Virus record (IMG/VR): IMGVR_UViG_3300037067_012588
Length of the DNA: 64,000 nt
Strand: one strand, 5' to 3'
DNA from: a virus
Lineage: Duplodnaviria > Caudoviricetes
Part shown: positions 26,637-35,424 of the stretch, piece after piece
Layout: each line of letters starts with the position of its first letter
Position numbering within the stretch: position 1 is the stretch's first letter
Position numbers and translations under genes: made by a program
Notes under the pieces: model-generated
Databases searched by the model: none
Seen by the model: the letters and a program-made list of their open reading frames with translations, nothing else
Told to the model about the DNA's origin: nothing

Positions 26637-27719
26637 GGATGTATTTAGCTCTATAGCACAACATTTTCTTTCAAGTTTTTCACAAGCTATCAATGTAGAA
26701 CCAGAACCGCAAAATGGTTCGAATACCAAACCACTTGTCCAGCCAACAACTTCTTCCATTAGCGATACTGGTTTCTCTGTAGGATGGAGATTGTTTCCAC
26801 TCCTATCATGTAGCACCAAGTCCGAAGGACGCTTACCCGTCCAAAAATGATTCTTACCCAAATAGAACAGACATACTTCAGTCTGCCTTCCATGTTCATG
26901 CTCCAAGTCACCCATAGACCAATTATTTTTTGCCCATGTAATGAGACTTTTAGGCATTGGCACATCTACCAAGTTATTCCAACGACACCACAGATATTTG
27001 GAATGTTCAGCTTCCAATCCTGTTGCCCAAACCAAAAGCTTGGCGTCTTCATCCCCTGCAATCTTTTCATGTTTCGCTGTTCCCTTACGATGTCCACTCT
27101 GGAACGCCATCCCATAAGGAGGGTCTGATACAACTGACCCTATAACTTGCCCGTCCAAAACTCTCTTCATATTTTCAGGACTTGAGCAATCACCACACAA
27201 AAGACGATGATCACCCAATTGGTACATTTCACCAACCTGACTTATCACGTCTTTTTGTGGCTCAGGTATGTCATCCTCGTTTTTCTTAGATTTTCTTGCG
27301 CTCGTATGCCCAAGAGCCTTCTCAAGGTCATCCAGTTTTACAGAATTGAAAAGGTCTGGAAGTTCCTCATTAATCATTTTTAGAAGATCACCAGTTCCTT
27401 CTGTCCAATCTCCCTGAATAGCTGGATTGTTTAACGTGATGTTGAGGGCAATTTCTTCGTTCTCAGGCATGTCAATTACGACAACCGTTGTCTCATCAAT
27501 ACCTTGTTCTGACAACACCTTGAATCGTTGATGTCCACCGACGATATTACCAGTTCTCTTGTTCCAGACAATAGGCTCAACTAAGCCAAACCTCGTAATC
27601 GAAGAGGTCAAACCTGCAAGGGCTTCCTTTGATATAGACCTTGGGTTATAAGAAGCTGGCGTGATATCTGCCAGCTTCTTTGTTTCCCACACCAAATCAC
27701 CAATAGTTTTTTTCGACAC
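26541..27719 (-). CDS. ParB-N + beta-class N6A/N4C DNA methyltransferase
   Basis: SDPPYG, HPTEKP, VFEPFCGSGST; AGGAG SD. Confidence 0.9.
   Translation of the reverse strand: MSKKTIGDLVWETKKLADITPASYNPRSISKEALAGLTSSITRFGLVEPIVWNKRTGNIVGGHQRFKVLSEQGIDETTVVVIDMPENEEIALNITLNNPAIQGDWTEGTGDLLKMINEELPDLFNSVKLDDLEKALGHTSARKSKKNEDDIPEPQKDVISQVGEMYQLGDHRLLCGDCSSPENMKRVLDGQVIGSVVSDPPYGMAFQSGHRKGTAKHEKIAGDEDAKLLVWATGLEAEHSKYLWCRWNNLVDVPMPKSLITWAKNNWSMGDLEHEHGRQTEVCLFYLGKNHFWTGKRPSDLVLHDRSGNNLHPTEKPVSLMEEVVGWTSGLVFEPFCGSGSTLIACEKLERKCCAIELNTSYCDVIRKRWAEYVHGEGCDWQQLTPIIGATE
27561..27689. repeat. 129-bp direct repeat, copy B
   Basis: matches 26401..26529. Confidence 0.9.
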
Positions 27720-27732
27720 AAAACATCTCCTC

Positions 27733-27960
27733 TTACTTCAGCGATGAAACATCAAAAGGTCCACCGTCAACAAACACCAACGGCGTAGCGTAATTCTGAG
27801 CAGCAAGATGCTTCAAAGCCGCAGGATTGAACTCATCACCGTTTGTCAATCCTGCCGCAGGACGCTCCTCAATTTCAAAACCATTGGAAATAAGAGTCTT
27901 CTTCACATCTTCACACTTCGGGCATTTATCACCAGCCCACATAATCGCAACCTTACCCAC
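27733..27960 (-). CDS. glutaredoxin/NrdH-like protein
   Basis: CPKC, TPLVFVDG; directly downstream of nrdD. Confidence 0.8.
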   Translation of the reverse strand: MGKVAIMWAGDKCPKCEDVKKTLISNGFEIEERPAAGLTNGDEFNPAALKHLAAQNYATPLVFVDGGPFDVSSLK

Positions 27961-27971
27961 GACTCACCTCC

Positions 27972-30182
27972 TCAAATTGTATACTGTCCACTATGACGAT
28001 CCTGACCTTCACGCTTCTTGCTGACGTTCCAATTGTCTACCTTCGAGTAATACCCAACGACACGGGTAATACGGTCAACATCTTTGTTGCCACACTTCGG
28101 ACAAGTCTCTTTCAACCCAGGAAACCGTCCGCACTTTTGGCAAACCGTAAACTCTGGAGATACAACCAATTGAGCGCAATTCGTTTCGTGAAAGACTTTC
28201 TCAAGCAAAGTGAAAAGCGATGAAGGCTCAGGCATATTCTCTCCACAAAACATATGAACGATAGCCCCCGATTCAATCATGTTGTGGAATTCAGACTGCT
28301 TGAAGACACGCTCGACAAAAGGAATGTCGGCATCTGGACGGAAGTGAATCGAATTGGTATAGTAGACATTGTCATCTTCAAGCGAACCGTTGACAAACTT
28401 CTTAGCAATCTCATATTTACCAACATCACAACGAGCGAGACGCCGAGCCGTACTCTCAGCAGGACTCTCTTCCAATGTGAACTTCAACCCAGTTTCCTTC
28501 TTGAACTTACCAAGAACAGCAAGCATATACGCAACAACATCCTTGCCCTTCTCAAACGCACCATCAGAATCGTGCATCTCCTGACCGACCATGAACTTCA
28601 AGGCTTCATTCAGCCCAATCATGCCAATGATATAGGTACAAGACGGAAGATGAACATACGGCTTTCCATCGAAATATGGAGCGCCACAGAGGTCATACAT
28701 CGGGTCGCCAGGATTCTGGCTGATTGACTCGATGAACTTCTTCTTCTGAAGATGAGCCTTCTTCGCCAGCTCCATTGCTGTCATCACTTCCTTCTCAAAC
28801 GCCTTCCAGTCACCATTGCTGCGATAGGCACACTGAGGCAGATTGATGGTCACGTTCATGAACCCACAGAAACGCAAACGCTCTGGCTCTTCGAGAATCT
28901 TCGGGTCCTCAATCTTCGTGCGCAACCTGCAACACGCCGCAACGGTAATACTATCGTGGTCAAAAATGAAATACGGAGAACCATTTTCACCAGCAATCTC
29001 GCAAGCCTGCATCACGATGTCTTTGTTCTCGGTAAAGTCCTTCTCAGAGAGGTGGAAATCCATCTTCGGAAAAGCAAACGGAGCTCCGTTCGAATCTCCA
29101 GCCCGCCAAACCTCCATCATCGACTTCAAGAACTTCTTCGATACCTCTTCATAATCAGCATAAGTCTTCTTGACAACAACCAAGCCATTACGACCTTCCT
29201 TAGCGGCAAGCTCGATATCTTCCCACGTATCCATATCGTCAAAGAACTTGTTGAAGTTTTCTCTGGTAATCTCAACATCGCCTTTGACAATCTTCGTCAG
29301 CATCTTCCCACCAGGACCAACAGCCTGAACCTTCTTAAGCCAATCAGGAATACTGATGTGGACATTGAAATCCGTGAAGAGAACCTGCCCACCACGACTG
29401 AACGCAGATTGGCTGAGCGAGAAAATCAGATACTGGGCAACCTGTTTCATCTCTTGAGCCGACATCTTCTCGACATACGGAGCAAAATAGATGTTCACAA
29501 AATCAAGCCCAAGAGCACCAGCATAATACGTCGCAGCACTGCAAAGGAATGTATTGATATGCCCGACAAGAACCTGAGCGTGTTTGGCCGGAGAAGAACG
29601 AACATCAAATTTCAGGAACTGCCCCAACCCGTGCATTGCAATAGCACGAACAGAATGAGCACTGCAATAAACTTTCGTGATACACCCCATGTCATGGAGG
29701 TGGATAAGACCTTCAAGGTGAGCACGCTCAACATCACCAGCAAAGACTTTCTTCAATGCGTACTTCTTAAACGTATTCTCGGCAACAATGAGAGCAATAG
29801 CTTCTGGATTGTTTCTTGAGATATTGCTGTTCTCTGAGGACTTCTCACGAATAAGATTGTCAAGGTCGTACAGTGACATACCGACCGAAACCTGACCAGA
29901 CAGCTTTGCACCATTGAATCCGTTTTTCAGCAAGTGGTAATTGACAATCATCTTGAGCGTCTGAATGTCAATTTCTGTTTTTCCCATCGCAACAAGCTCT
30001 TCGTAAACCGTATTCGCAATCTTTTCAGCATCGCCCTTCGTCAACTTACACTCTTCACGAAGAGCAGCAACAACCTTTGCGGAATCCCACTCATGGATAT
30101 CATAATTGGACAACGACTTTACCTGCAAATGAACGTCAGTCGAATTATCGTGACGCTCTTTCAACACCTTTACCTTTGTCAT
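27972..30182 (-). CDS. nrdD: class III anaerobic ribonucleoside-triphosphate reductase with ATP cone
   Basis: IHLHD, YCSAH, AACCRL, VTINLP, EESPAES, YYTNS, CxxC zinc ribbon, RVVGYY glycyl-radical loop. Confidence 0.95.
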   Translation of the reverse strand: MTKVKVLKERHDNSTDVHLQVKSLSNYDIHEWDSAKVVAALREECKLTKGDAEKIANTVYEELVAMGKTEIDIQTLKMIVNYHLLKNGFNGAKLSGQVSVGMSLYDLDNLIREKSSENSNISRNNPEAIALIVAENTFKKYALKKVFAGDVERAHLEGLIHLHDMGCITKVYCSAHSVRAIAMHGLGQFLKFDVRSSPAKHAQVLVGHINTFLCSAATYYAGALGLDFVNIYFAPYVEKMSAQEMKQVAQYLIFSLSQSAFSRGGQVLFTDFNVHISIPDWLKKVQAVGPGGKMLTKIVKGDVEITRENFNKFFDDMDTWEDIELAAKEGRNGLVVVKKTYADYEEVSKKFLKSMMEVWRAGDSNGAPFAFPKMDFHLSEKDFTENKDIVMQACEIAGENGSPYFIFDHDSITVAACCRLRTKIEDPKILEEPERLRFCGFMNVTINLPQCAYRSNGDWKAFEKEVMTAMELAKKAHLQKKKFIESISQNPGDPMYDLCGAPYFDGKPYVHLPSCTYIIGMIGLNEALKFMVGQEMHDSDGAFEKGKDVVAYMLAVLGKFKKETGLKFTLEESPAESTARRLARCDVGKYEIAKKFVNGSLEDDNVYYTNSIHFRPDADIPFVERVFKQSEFHNMIESGAIVHMFCGENMPEPSSLFTLLEKVFHETNCAQLVVSPEFTVCQKCGRFPGLKETCPKCGNKDVDRITRVVGYYSKVDNWNVSKKREGQDRHSGQYTI

Positions 30183-30262
30183 TTGAATCTCCTATTTCTC
30201 TGACCGACAAACAGCCCGACGCTACACAGCGGCAGCAAACCACAAGCTATAAGGTTTTTATA

Positions 30263-31750
30263 TTATCTCGCCAATCGCCGATTAGGGTCTGCCCAAGGCG
30301 AAACCGAATTGGGAACAAAAACCTCCCGATTTTTATTCTTAAGCCTTAGATTCCGAACGTCGCAAATCATACAATCATCAATCGTAACAGACCCACCATG
30401 TTTTCCAGCACCACACTCATACGTTGTCACCGTCTTCACTTTCCCACCGCAACAAATTTTTTCTTCAACCGAAATCACATTTCCTCGATATTCACATCCC
30501 TCCAAAACGTAAGGACACATGAAATTTTCTTGCAGTCCCCACCGAGCAGAAACCTGTCCACGAAATGAAACTCCAGCAGAATCTTCCGAACGGCACGAAG
30601 CACAAAATTGCCCCGACCTGCACACCTCCGACTCAAAGAATGGGTTCTCTATAAAAGAAATTGTTGTCGGTGGCGTAACTCCCCTATCAACAACATTTTG
30701 GACAGACCTCTTTCCAACCAGATTGTCGACCTTCACCGCTGCAATCTTATGCGCAGAATTTACAGCATCAATATCACCACGCACTGGAGCAGCAGAATCA
30801 AACCATTTACACGACAAACATGCAGCAGCATCTATCTCTTTTTGGAGCTTTGTACAATACCAACGACTCCGCATTTTCCAATGGCATCTCTGCTCAAGAC
30901 CCGCTGGCTTCTCATGAAAAGTCTGACTATCAACCTTAACTCTATCACCATTATCTGCAACACAAATGGGTGATCGTGTTCCTTCCATCGGGTTAATCAC
31001 AAACTCATCCGACCATTCAAGATATCGATCATCCATATCGCTTCCATTACGAATCGCATATGCTATCAAGCGACTATCGTAAACACATGGCTTATAAACA
31101 CTCTCTCCCTCAACCTCAACAACCCCCAAAAGCTTCCGAACCTTCAGATCATATGCTATCGTAATGATGTCACGTTTGTCATCAGACATCTGTCCGCAAA
31201 TATAAAGCTTGGAATCGTCCATCGGATCAGTTGAAACTCTATAGACCCAGACGAAAGGATTCTGTATTGCAAATACTTGTCCAGTTTCAAAAGCGAGGAC
31301 ATGAACCTCTCCAGAAGACGAAAGATTCGAATCCAATGTTCCACCTACAACTCGATAAGAACTATTCTCGCAAAACGTCCAAGGACGCAACCCAAGAGGA
31401 TTGATTCTCTCAGGTGTCGTCAAGTAACGAACAGAAGGACCAATCGCCTGATAAAGATGATATCTGTCTTCCTCCCGCCCAGAAACAAACGACAAAACGA
31501 GATTACCATCCTCCCGTTTATATATAGATGGATTGCATTTGTTGTGATTGATGGGCAACTCCAACTGAAGAACTTCTGCCTTATCAACATCAACGCCAGA
31601 TTCAAAATCGAACGGCGAAAATACCATCTCCCAAACAGACGGCTCAATAATGTTTTTCCTTGAGAAAAACAAATAGAGTCCCTCTCCAAAATCGAAGAGA
31701 AACGGCATATGTGTTCGCCATGTTGATTGAACTTTATGAACAGCCATCAT
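30263..31750 (-). CDS. hypothetical protein, propeller-like N-terminus and Cys-rich C-terminus
   Basis: 495 aa; C-terminal Cys module shared with 33735..34244. Confidence 0.7.
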   Translation of the reverse strand: MMAVHKVQSTWRTHMPFLFDFGEGLYLFFSRKNIIEPSVWEMVFSPFDFESGVDVDKAEVLQLELPINHNKCNPSIYKREDGNLVLSFVSGREEDRYHLYQAIGPSVRYLTTPERINPLGLRPWTFCENSSYRVVGGTLDSNLSSSGEVHVLAFETGQVFAIQNPFVWVYRVSTDPMDDSKLYICGQMSDDKRDIITIAYDLKVRKLLGVVEVEGESVYKPCVYDSRLIAYAIRNGSDMDDRYLEWSDEFVINPMEGTRSPICVADNGDRVKVDSQTFHEKPAGLEQRCHWKMRSRWYCTKLQKEIDAAACLSCKWFDSAAPVRGDIDAVNSAHKIAAVKVDNLVGKRSVQNVVDRGVTPPTTISFIENPFFESEVCRSGQFCASCRSEDSAGVSFRGQVSARWGLQENFMCPYVLEGCEYRGNVISVEEKICCGGKVKTVTTYECGAGKHGGSVTIDDCMICDVRNLRLKNKNREVFVPNSVSPWADPNRRLAR

Positions 31751-32256
31751 TTCTTCTTTGACGTGACAGAAATGGAATCTTTCTGATGCTTTTCAGCTTT
31801 CTCTTTTTCTTTCTGCTTCTTAATTTCAGCAATACGTTGCGGACGACGAGCCCACGCATCCTCAAGCCATTTCTTTTGTTTGGCTCTGGACTTCTCTGCG
31901 TTCTTTCCCGCCGTTTCCTGCATCTCATCCTTGATTTGCGAACCACGACGAACGATATCATCATACACCGACTCAAACGTTGTTGGCCCCTGAGAAGTTG
32001 GAATTAATGCAACTTCTTCCACCCCATATCTCTCTTTGAGGTCACACTTTAAATCACCTTGCCTTAAAGACTTTTCACTGTTTTTATTTTGGACCAACGT
32101 CTTTCCGAAATGAAACGCACACGCAGACATCACCCTTGAAGCAGGCTTTCCACAATCCTCGCAAGGACGAATCACTTGTCCTTCGGATACTGGCAATAGC
32201 TGCTCAAATCTTGCTCCACAACTTGAACATTCAAACTCATACATCGGCATTTCCAT
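31747..32256 (-). CDS. FmdB-family zinc-ribbon protein
   Basis: MPMYEFECSSCG.RFE...CEDCG...RVMS. Confidence 0.85.
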   Translation of the reverse strand: MEMPMYEFECSSCGARFEQLLPVSEGQVIRPCEDCGKPASRVMSACAFHFGKTLVQNKNSEKSLRQGDLKCDLKERYGVEEVALIPTSQGPTTFESVYDDIVRRGSQIKDEMQETAGKNAEKSRAKQKKWLEDAWARRPQRIAEIKKQKEKEKAEKHQKDSISVTSKKK

Positions 32257-32294
32257 ACCCCTCTTTATATTGTCCCGCACAGCGGGGAACTAAC

Positions 32295-33401
32295 TCAAAG
32301 ACTTGACATGGCAATACGATCAATCATCGCTTGACGATTCTTTCTTGAACGAATCTCCTCAACCATGGCATGTGGACGAAGATATTCACCAGATGTAATA
32401 GAATCCTTGATGCTTTCAGCACTAAGAACATAGCTGGCAAGAATCTTTCTTGCTGTCGACATTGCAACTCTCTCGACAACCATATTGAAATCTTCTGACG
32501 AACAAACAACCTTTTTCTGGTCATTCGTCATCAGAACATCGTTATCGGAAAACAACTTTGTGAAGAACGAACAAACATGAGGGCGCATCTTATCCCACAC
32601 GGCACGCCAGAACTCTTCATTTCCCTGATTCGGAGCTTCACGAGGCAAATCCATCAGGATGCCATTGAATTTCTTCTTTCCTTCTGCGGAAAAATAATCA
32701 TTATCGATGATGGCTTCGAGAAGCCAACCAAAAAGCTTGCGCTCTTCAGGGTTCTTTGCTTTCTGAAGAATTGTACGCTTAAGCCCACTAAGTTCTTCCT
32801 CAAAACTAAGCTCTTCAATAGGCTGATGATTATCATGCAAACCACTGTAGCTTTCTTCATCATTAACGAAATTCCTTTTTTGATGAATAAACTCGTTATC
32901 GGAAATACCATCTTTATATTTTTTTCGACCACTTCCAGTTGCCCGACGAATAACAAGAACAACAAGACCCCTTGAGAAATTAAACCAATATTTCTGAATA
33001 TCTATCCACGAAATCATGAGGTCTGGATTCTGCTTCAACACTGCGTTTGGAAGCAACTCTACGGCAGGACCTCTTCCCTCTCCAACAAGAAGAGCTATAT
33101 TGAAATCCGAAAGAATCTCTTCGAAGTCATAAGAAGAAAATTGTTTCGCATATCCAAGAATCGGCTCAACCCAAGAAAATGTCTTGAGCTTTGACTCAAT
33201 ACCATCTGCCAGCAAACTCAACTTATCTGCTTCAGGGGTGTTCCCAAGAGAAATCACCTTTTCCCTTTGTGGAATAACTATCTTTTTCATTATCGCTTTC
33301 GTAAAAGCTTTCTTCGCCTCGATATCATACTCACGAATCATTTGCCGAACATCTCCATAGTCTGCAATCAGAAAACGAAGAGTTGCAAAAACGTTTTTCA
33401 T
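32295..33401 (-). CDS. hypothetical protein
   Basis: 368 aa, AGGAG SD; RVAMS and RIAMS near the C-terminus. Confidence 0.7.
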   Translation of the reverse strand: MKNVFATLRFLIADYGDVRQMIREYDIEAKKAFTKAIMKKIVIPQREKVISLGNTPEADKLSLLADGIESKLKTFSWVEPILGYAKQFSSYDFEEILSDFNIALLVGEGRGPAVELLPNAVLKQNPDLMISWIDIQKYWFNFSRGLVVLVIRRATGSGRKKYKDGISDNEFIHQKRNFVNDEESYSGLHDNHQPIEELSFEEELSGLKRTILQKAKNPEERKLFGWLLEAIIDNDYFSAEGKKKFNGILMDLPREAPNQGNEEFWRAVWDKMRPHVCSFFTKLFSDNDVLMTNDQKKVVCSSEDFNMVVERVAMSTARKILASYVLSAESIKDSITSGEYLRPHAMVEEIRSRKNRQAMIDRIAMSSL

Positions 33402-33456
33402 TTCTCATTCTCCTAAAAATGTGGTCATATCCTATTAACACTCAATCATAAAAAAA

Positions 33457-33738
33457 CTATACCTTAAGCATTCCTGCCCTTCCAAGGTGAGCCAAAATGT
33501 GCTCGACAGCATCAACTATAAACCCTTCTGCTGTCAACAATACTGGCGTAAAATGACCCTGCAGCTCATACTTGTCCAGCAAGTCCCGACAGGCTGTGTT
33601 GGAGAACGTATGATATACCAAGAGTTGTCTTCCATCTTGTCCACGAAAATCATCCGAGAAAATCGCATCTGGATTCAACAGAGACTTAATCTCTGCACAT
33701 TCTGGACAATTCCACATGATGAAAAGCCTATCCATCAT
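33457..33738 (-). CDS. thioredoxin/glutaredoxin-fold protein
   Basis: NCPEC and FTPVL; ATGA coupling. Confidence 0.7.
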   Translation of the reverse strand: MMDRLFIMWNCPECAEIKSLLNPDAIFSDDFRGQDGRQLLVYHTFSNTACRDLLDKYELQGHFTPVLLTAEGFIVDAVEHILAHLGRAGMLKV

Positions 33739-34244
33739 TGCTCCTTCGCTCGATAAAACCCACAAGAGTTGCACACTTCCCGTGATACTTTTCCACCCTG
33801 AACACCAACAGCACAGTGAAAAACTTCAATCAATCGTACACGCCCACCACAACACTTCTTTTCCTCCGTTCCAAGAGAATCTCCCATACTCTCACAAGGA
33901 AGACCTCGATAGTTGACCATTCCAGACTGCTCATGAACGGTACTGATTGCTTCAACAGACAATGGCGGAGGTTGTGGAGGTATAAATTCTTTTGATTCCT
34001 GTTTTGGCATCTCGATTTCTTGAACAACAATCTTTTGTTGAACGATAACCTCACGAGGTCTTTCTTTGACCTCTGGAATGTAACCCCAATCAAAACCAAA
34101 AGGACACTCGAAGTTTTCTCCTCCTGATACCTCCCAAACCTTCGAGGTGCGCTCACGCCACACAATGCCAATTTGAGACAGTGAACGACATGTTCGACAA
34201 TGAGTTCTGCTCGTGCAAGCAAAAGAATCATAAAATGAATGCAT
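33735..34244 (-). CDS. Cys-rich protein
   Basis: C.S..HC..CRS...ENF.CP and EEK.CCGG.V...C.....GG.V....C..C. Confidence 0.7.
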   Translation of the reverse strand: MHSFYDSFACTSRTHCRTCRSLSQIGIVWRERTSKVWEVSGGENFECPFGFDWGYIPEVKERPREVIVQQKIVVQEIEMPKQESKEFIPPQPPPLSVEAISTVHEQSGMVNYRGLPCESMGDSLGTEEKKCCGGRVRLIEVFHCAVGVQGGKVSREVCNSCGFYRAKEQ

Positions 34245-34256
34245 GTTCGTCCCCCA

Positions 34257-34322
34257 TCATATGCAACGATTATCAGAATCACACCAAACCCAAACCTCTA
34301 AGTAAAAAGTGTACCCCTTCAT
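34257..34322. repeat. 66-bp direct repeat (duplicated 3' end of gene 35039..35407)
   Basis: 65/66 identical to 35039..35104. Confidence 0.95.
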
Positions 34323-34975
34323 GGCTTGGCGTTCTTAAGATACTGATCTACCATCTGTCCAAGATTTTCACCATGCCCACCAGAAACATATTTCTCTACT
34401 ATGCCAACCATGCGATTGCAAAGGTCGTGAACAATTCCACGGATTTTATTGGTAACGTGGTCATGGTCAACTGGTGGCCATTTGTTATCACCACCACCCT
34501 CTACCAAAGGCAAACCACAAACAGCACACAACCCATGTTGTTGCTCCCAAAGACACTCGTAACCTGATATTGTCAATCCATACTTTGTTTTCAAATTCCA
34601 TTCCCGAACAGACTTTAAGCGTTTTTCCCTGTGTTTTCGATAATCCAAACGCCTCTGTTCGTTTTTCTTTGCAGGCTTGTCAACATAATGCTCCTTCACC
34701 CTCTTTGCCTCACAAGCCTTGCATGTATACGTTCTTCCGTACTTACAAGAAGGACCTCTCTTGAAATCAAGCAACGGTTTTGTCTCTCCACAAACTTTGC
34801 ACACTCGAACCATATCAGTGGTTATCAACTCGGCAGGACGATTCTTCCTCATTTCGTTATAACACAGCGTACATTGAGACTTCTTTCCATACAGACCACC
34901 AGTTTGATCGTAAAACTCACTCAAGTCCTTATCAACACCACAAACACTGCATGTTTTTTTTCTAACCTCTTCCAT
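34319..34975 (-). mobile_element. free-standing endonuclease VII-type (His-Me) homing endonuclease gene
   Basis: two CxxCG..K.L..F...G....CxxC zinc fingers; KYGLT, CAVCG, VDHDH..NKIRG....CN; AAAGGAGG SD; flanked by 66-bp repeats. Confidence 0.85.
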
Positions 34976-35038
34976 AACACACCTCCTTTTAATAAAAGAT
35001 GTATTATAAAAGATTTATACACTTTTATCATAAGTCCT

Positions 35039-35104
35039 TCATATACAACGATTATCAGAATCACACCAAACCCAAACCTCTAAGTAAAAAGTGTACCCCT
35101 TCAT
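35039..35104. repeat. 66-bp direct repeat, second copy
   Basis: see 34257..34322. Confidence 0.95.
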
Positions 35105-35407
35105 CGAGGTATGGAAATTTGGGTAAGGAGTAGTACAATCATTCTCATAATATTGACTTCCAATGAGTTTTCCTTGTGCCCACAAGTGATTGTGATAATT
35201 TGGCTCATAAATTGCCCAATCTGAACAACCATATGGAGTAATTCCAGACAAAGAATTCAAAACCAAAGCTGGAGAATCATCCTTCATCACAAAAGAATAA
35301 ATCATTGTCGGATTCTCGCAATCTGCGCATCCACATTTGCACGAAGTTATCCTTATAAAATCGACAACCTCTTGGTCGAAACAATCTGTCAAAATATTGT
35401 TGGACAT
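35039..35407 (-). CDS. Cys-rich hypothetical protein at the end of the tail operon
   Basis: 122 aa, GAGG SD. Confidence 0.7.
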   Translation of the reverse strand: MSNNILTDCFDQEVVDFIRITSCKCGCADCENPTMIYSFVMKDDSPALVLNSLSGITPYGCSDWAIYEPNYHNHLWAQGKLIGSQYYENDCTTPYPNFHTSMKGYTFYLEVWVWCDSDNRCI

Positions 35408-35424
35408 TACTCATCCTCAGACAT

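Noticed and set aside
32295-33401. Sigma-factor-like call, or membership in the leader-tag family via RVAMS/RIAMS
   Set aside because: No convincing sigma region 2 or 4 motifs, and the short matches lack the A-x-E-L core
34257-35104. 66-bp repeat pair as a DGR template/variable repeat or IS ends
   Set aside because: A single synonymous C/T difference, direct orientation, no RT or transposase
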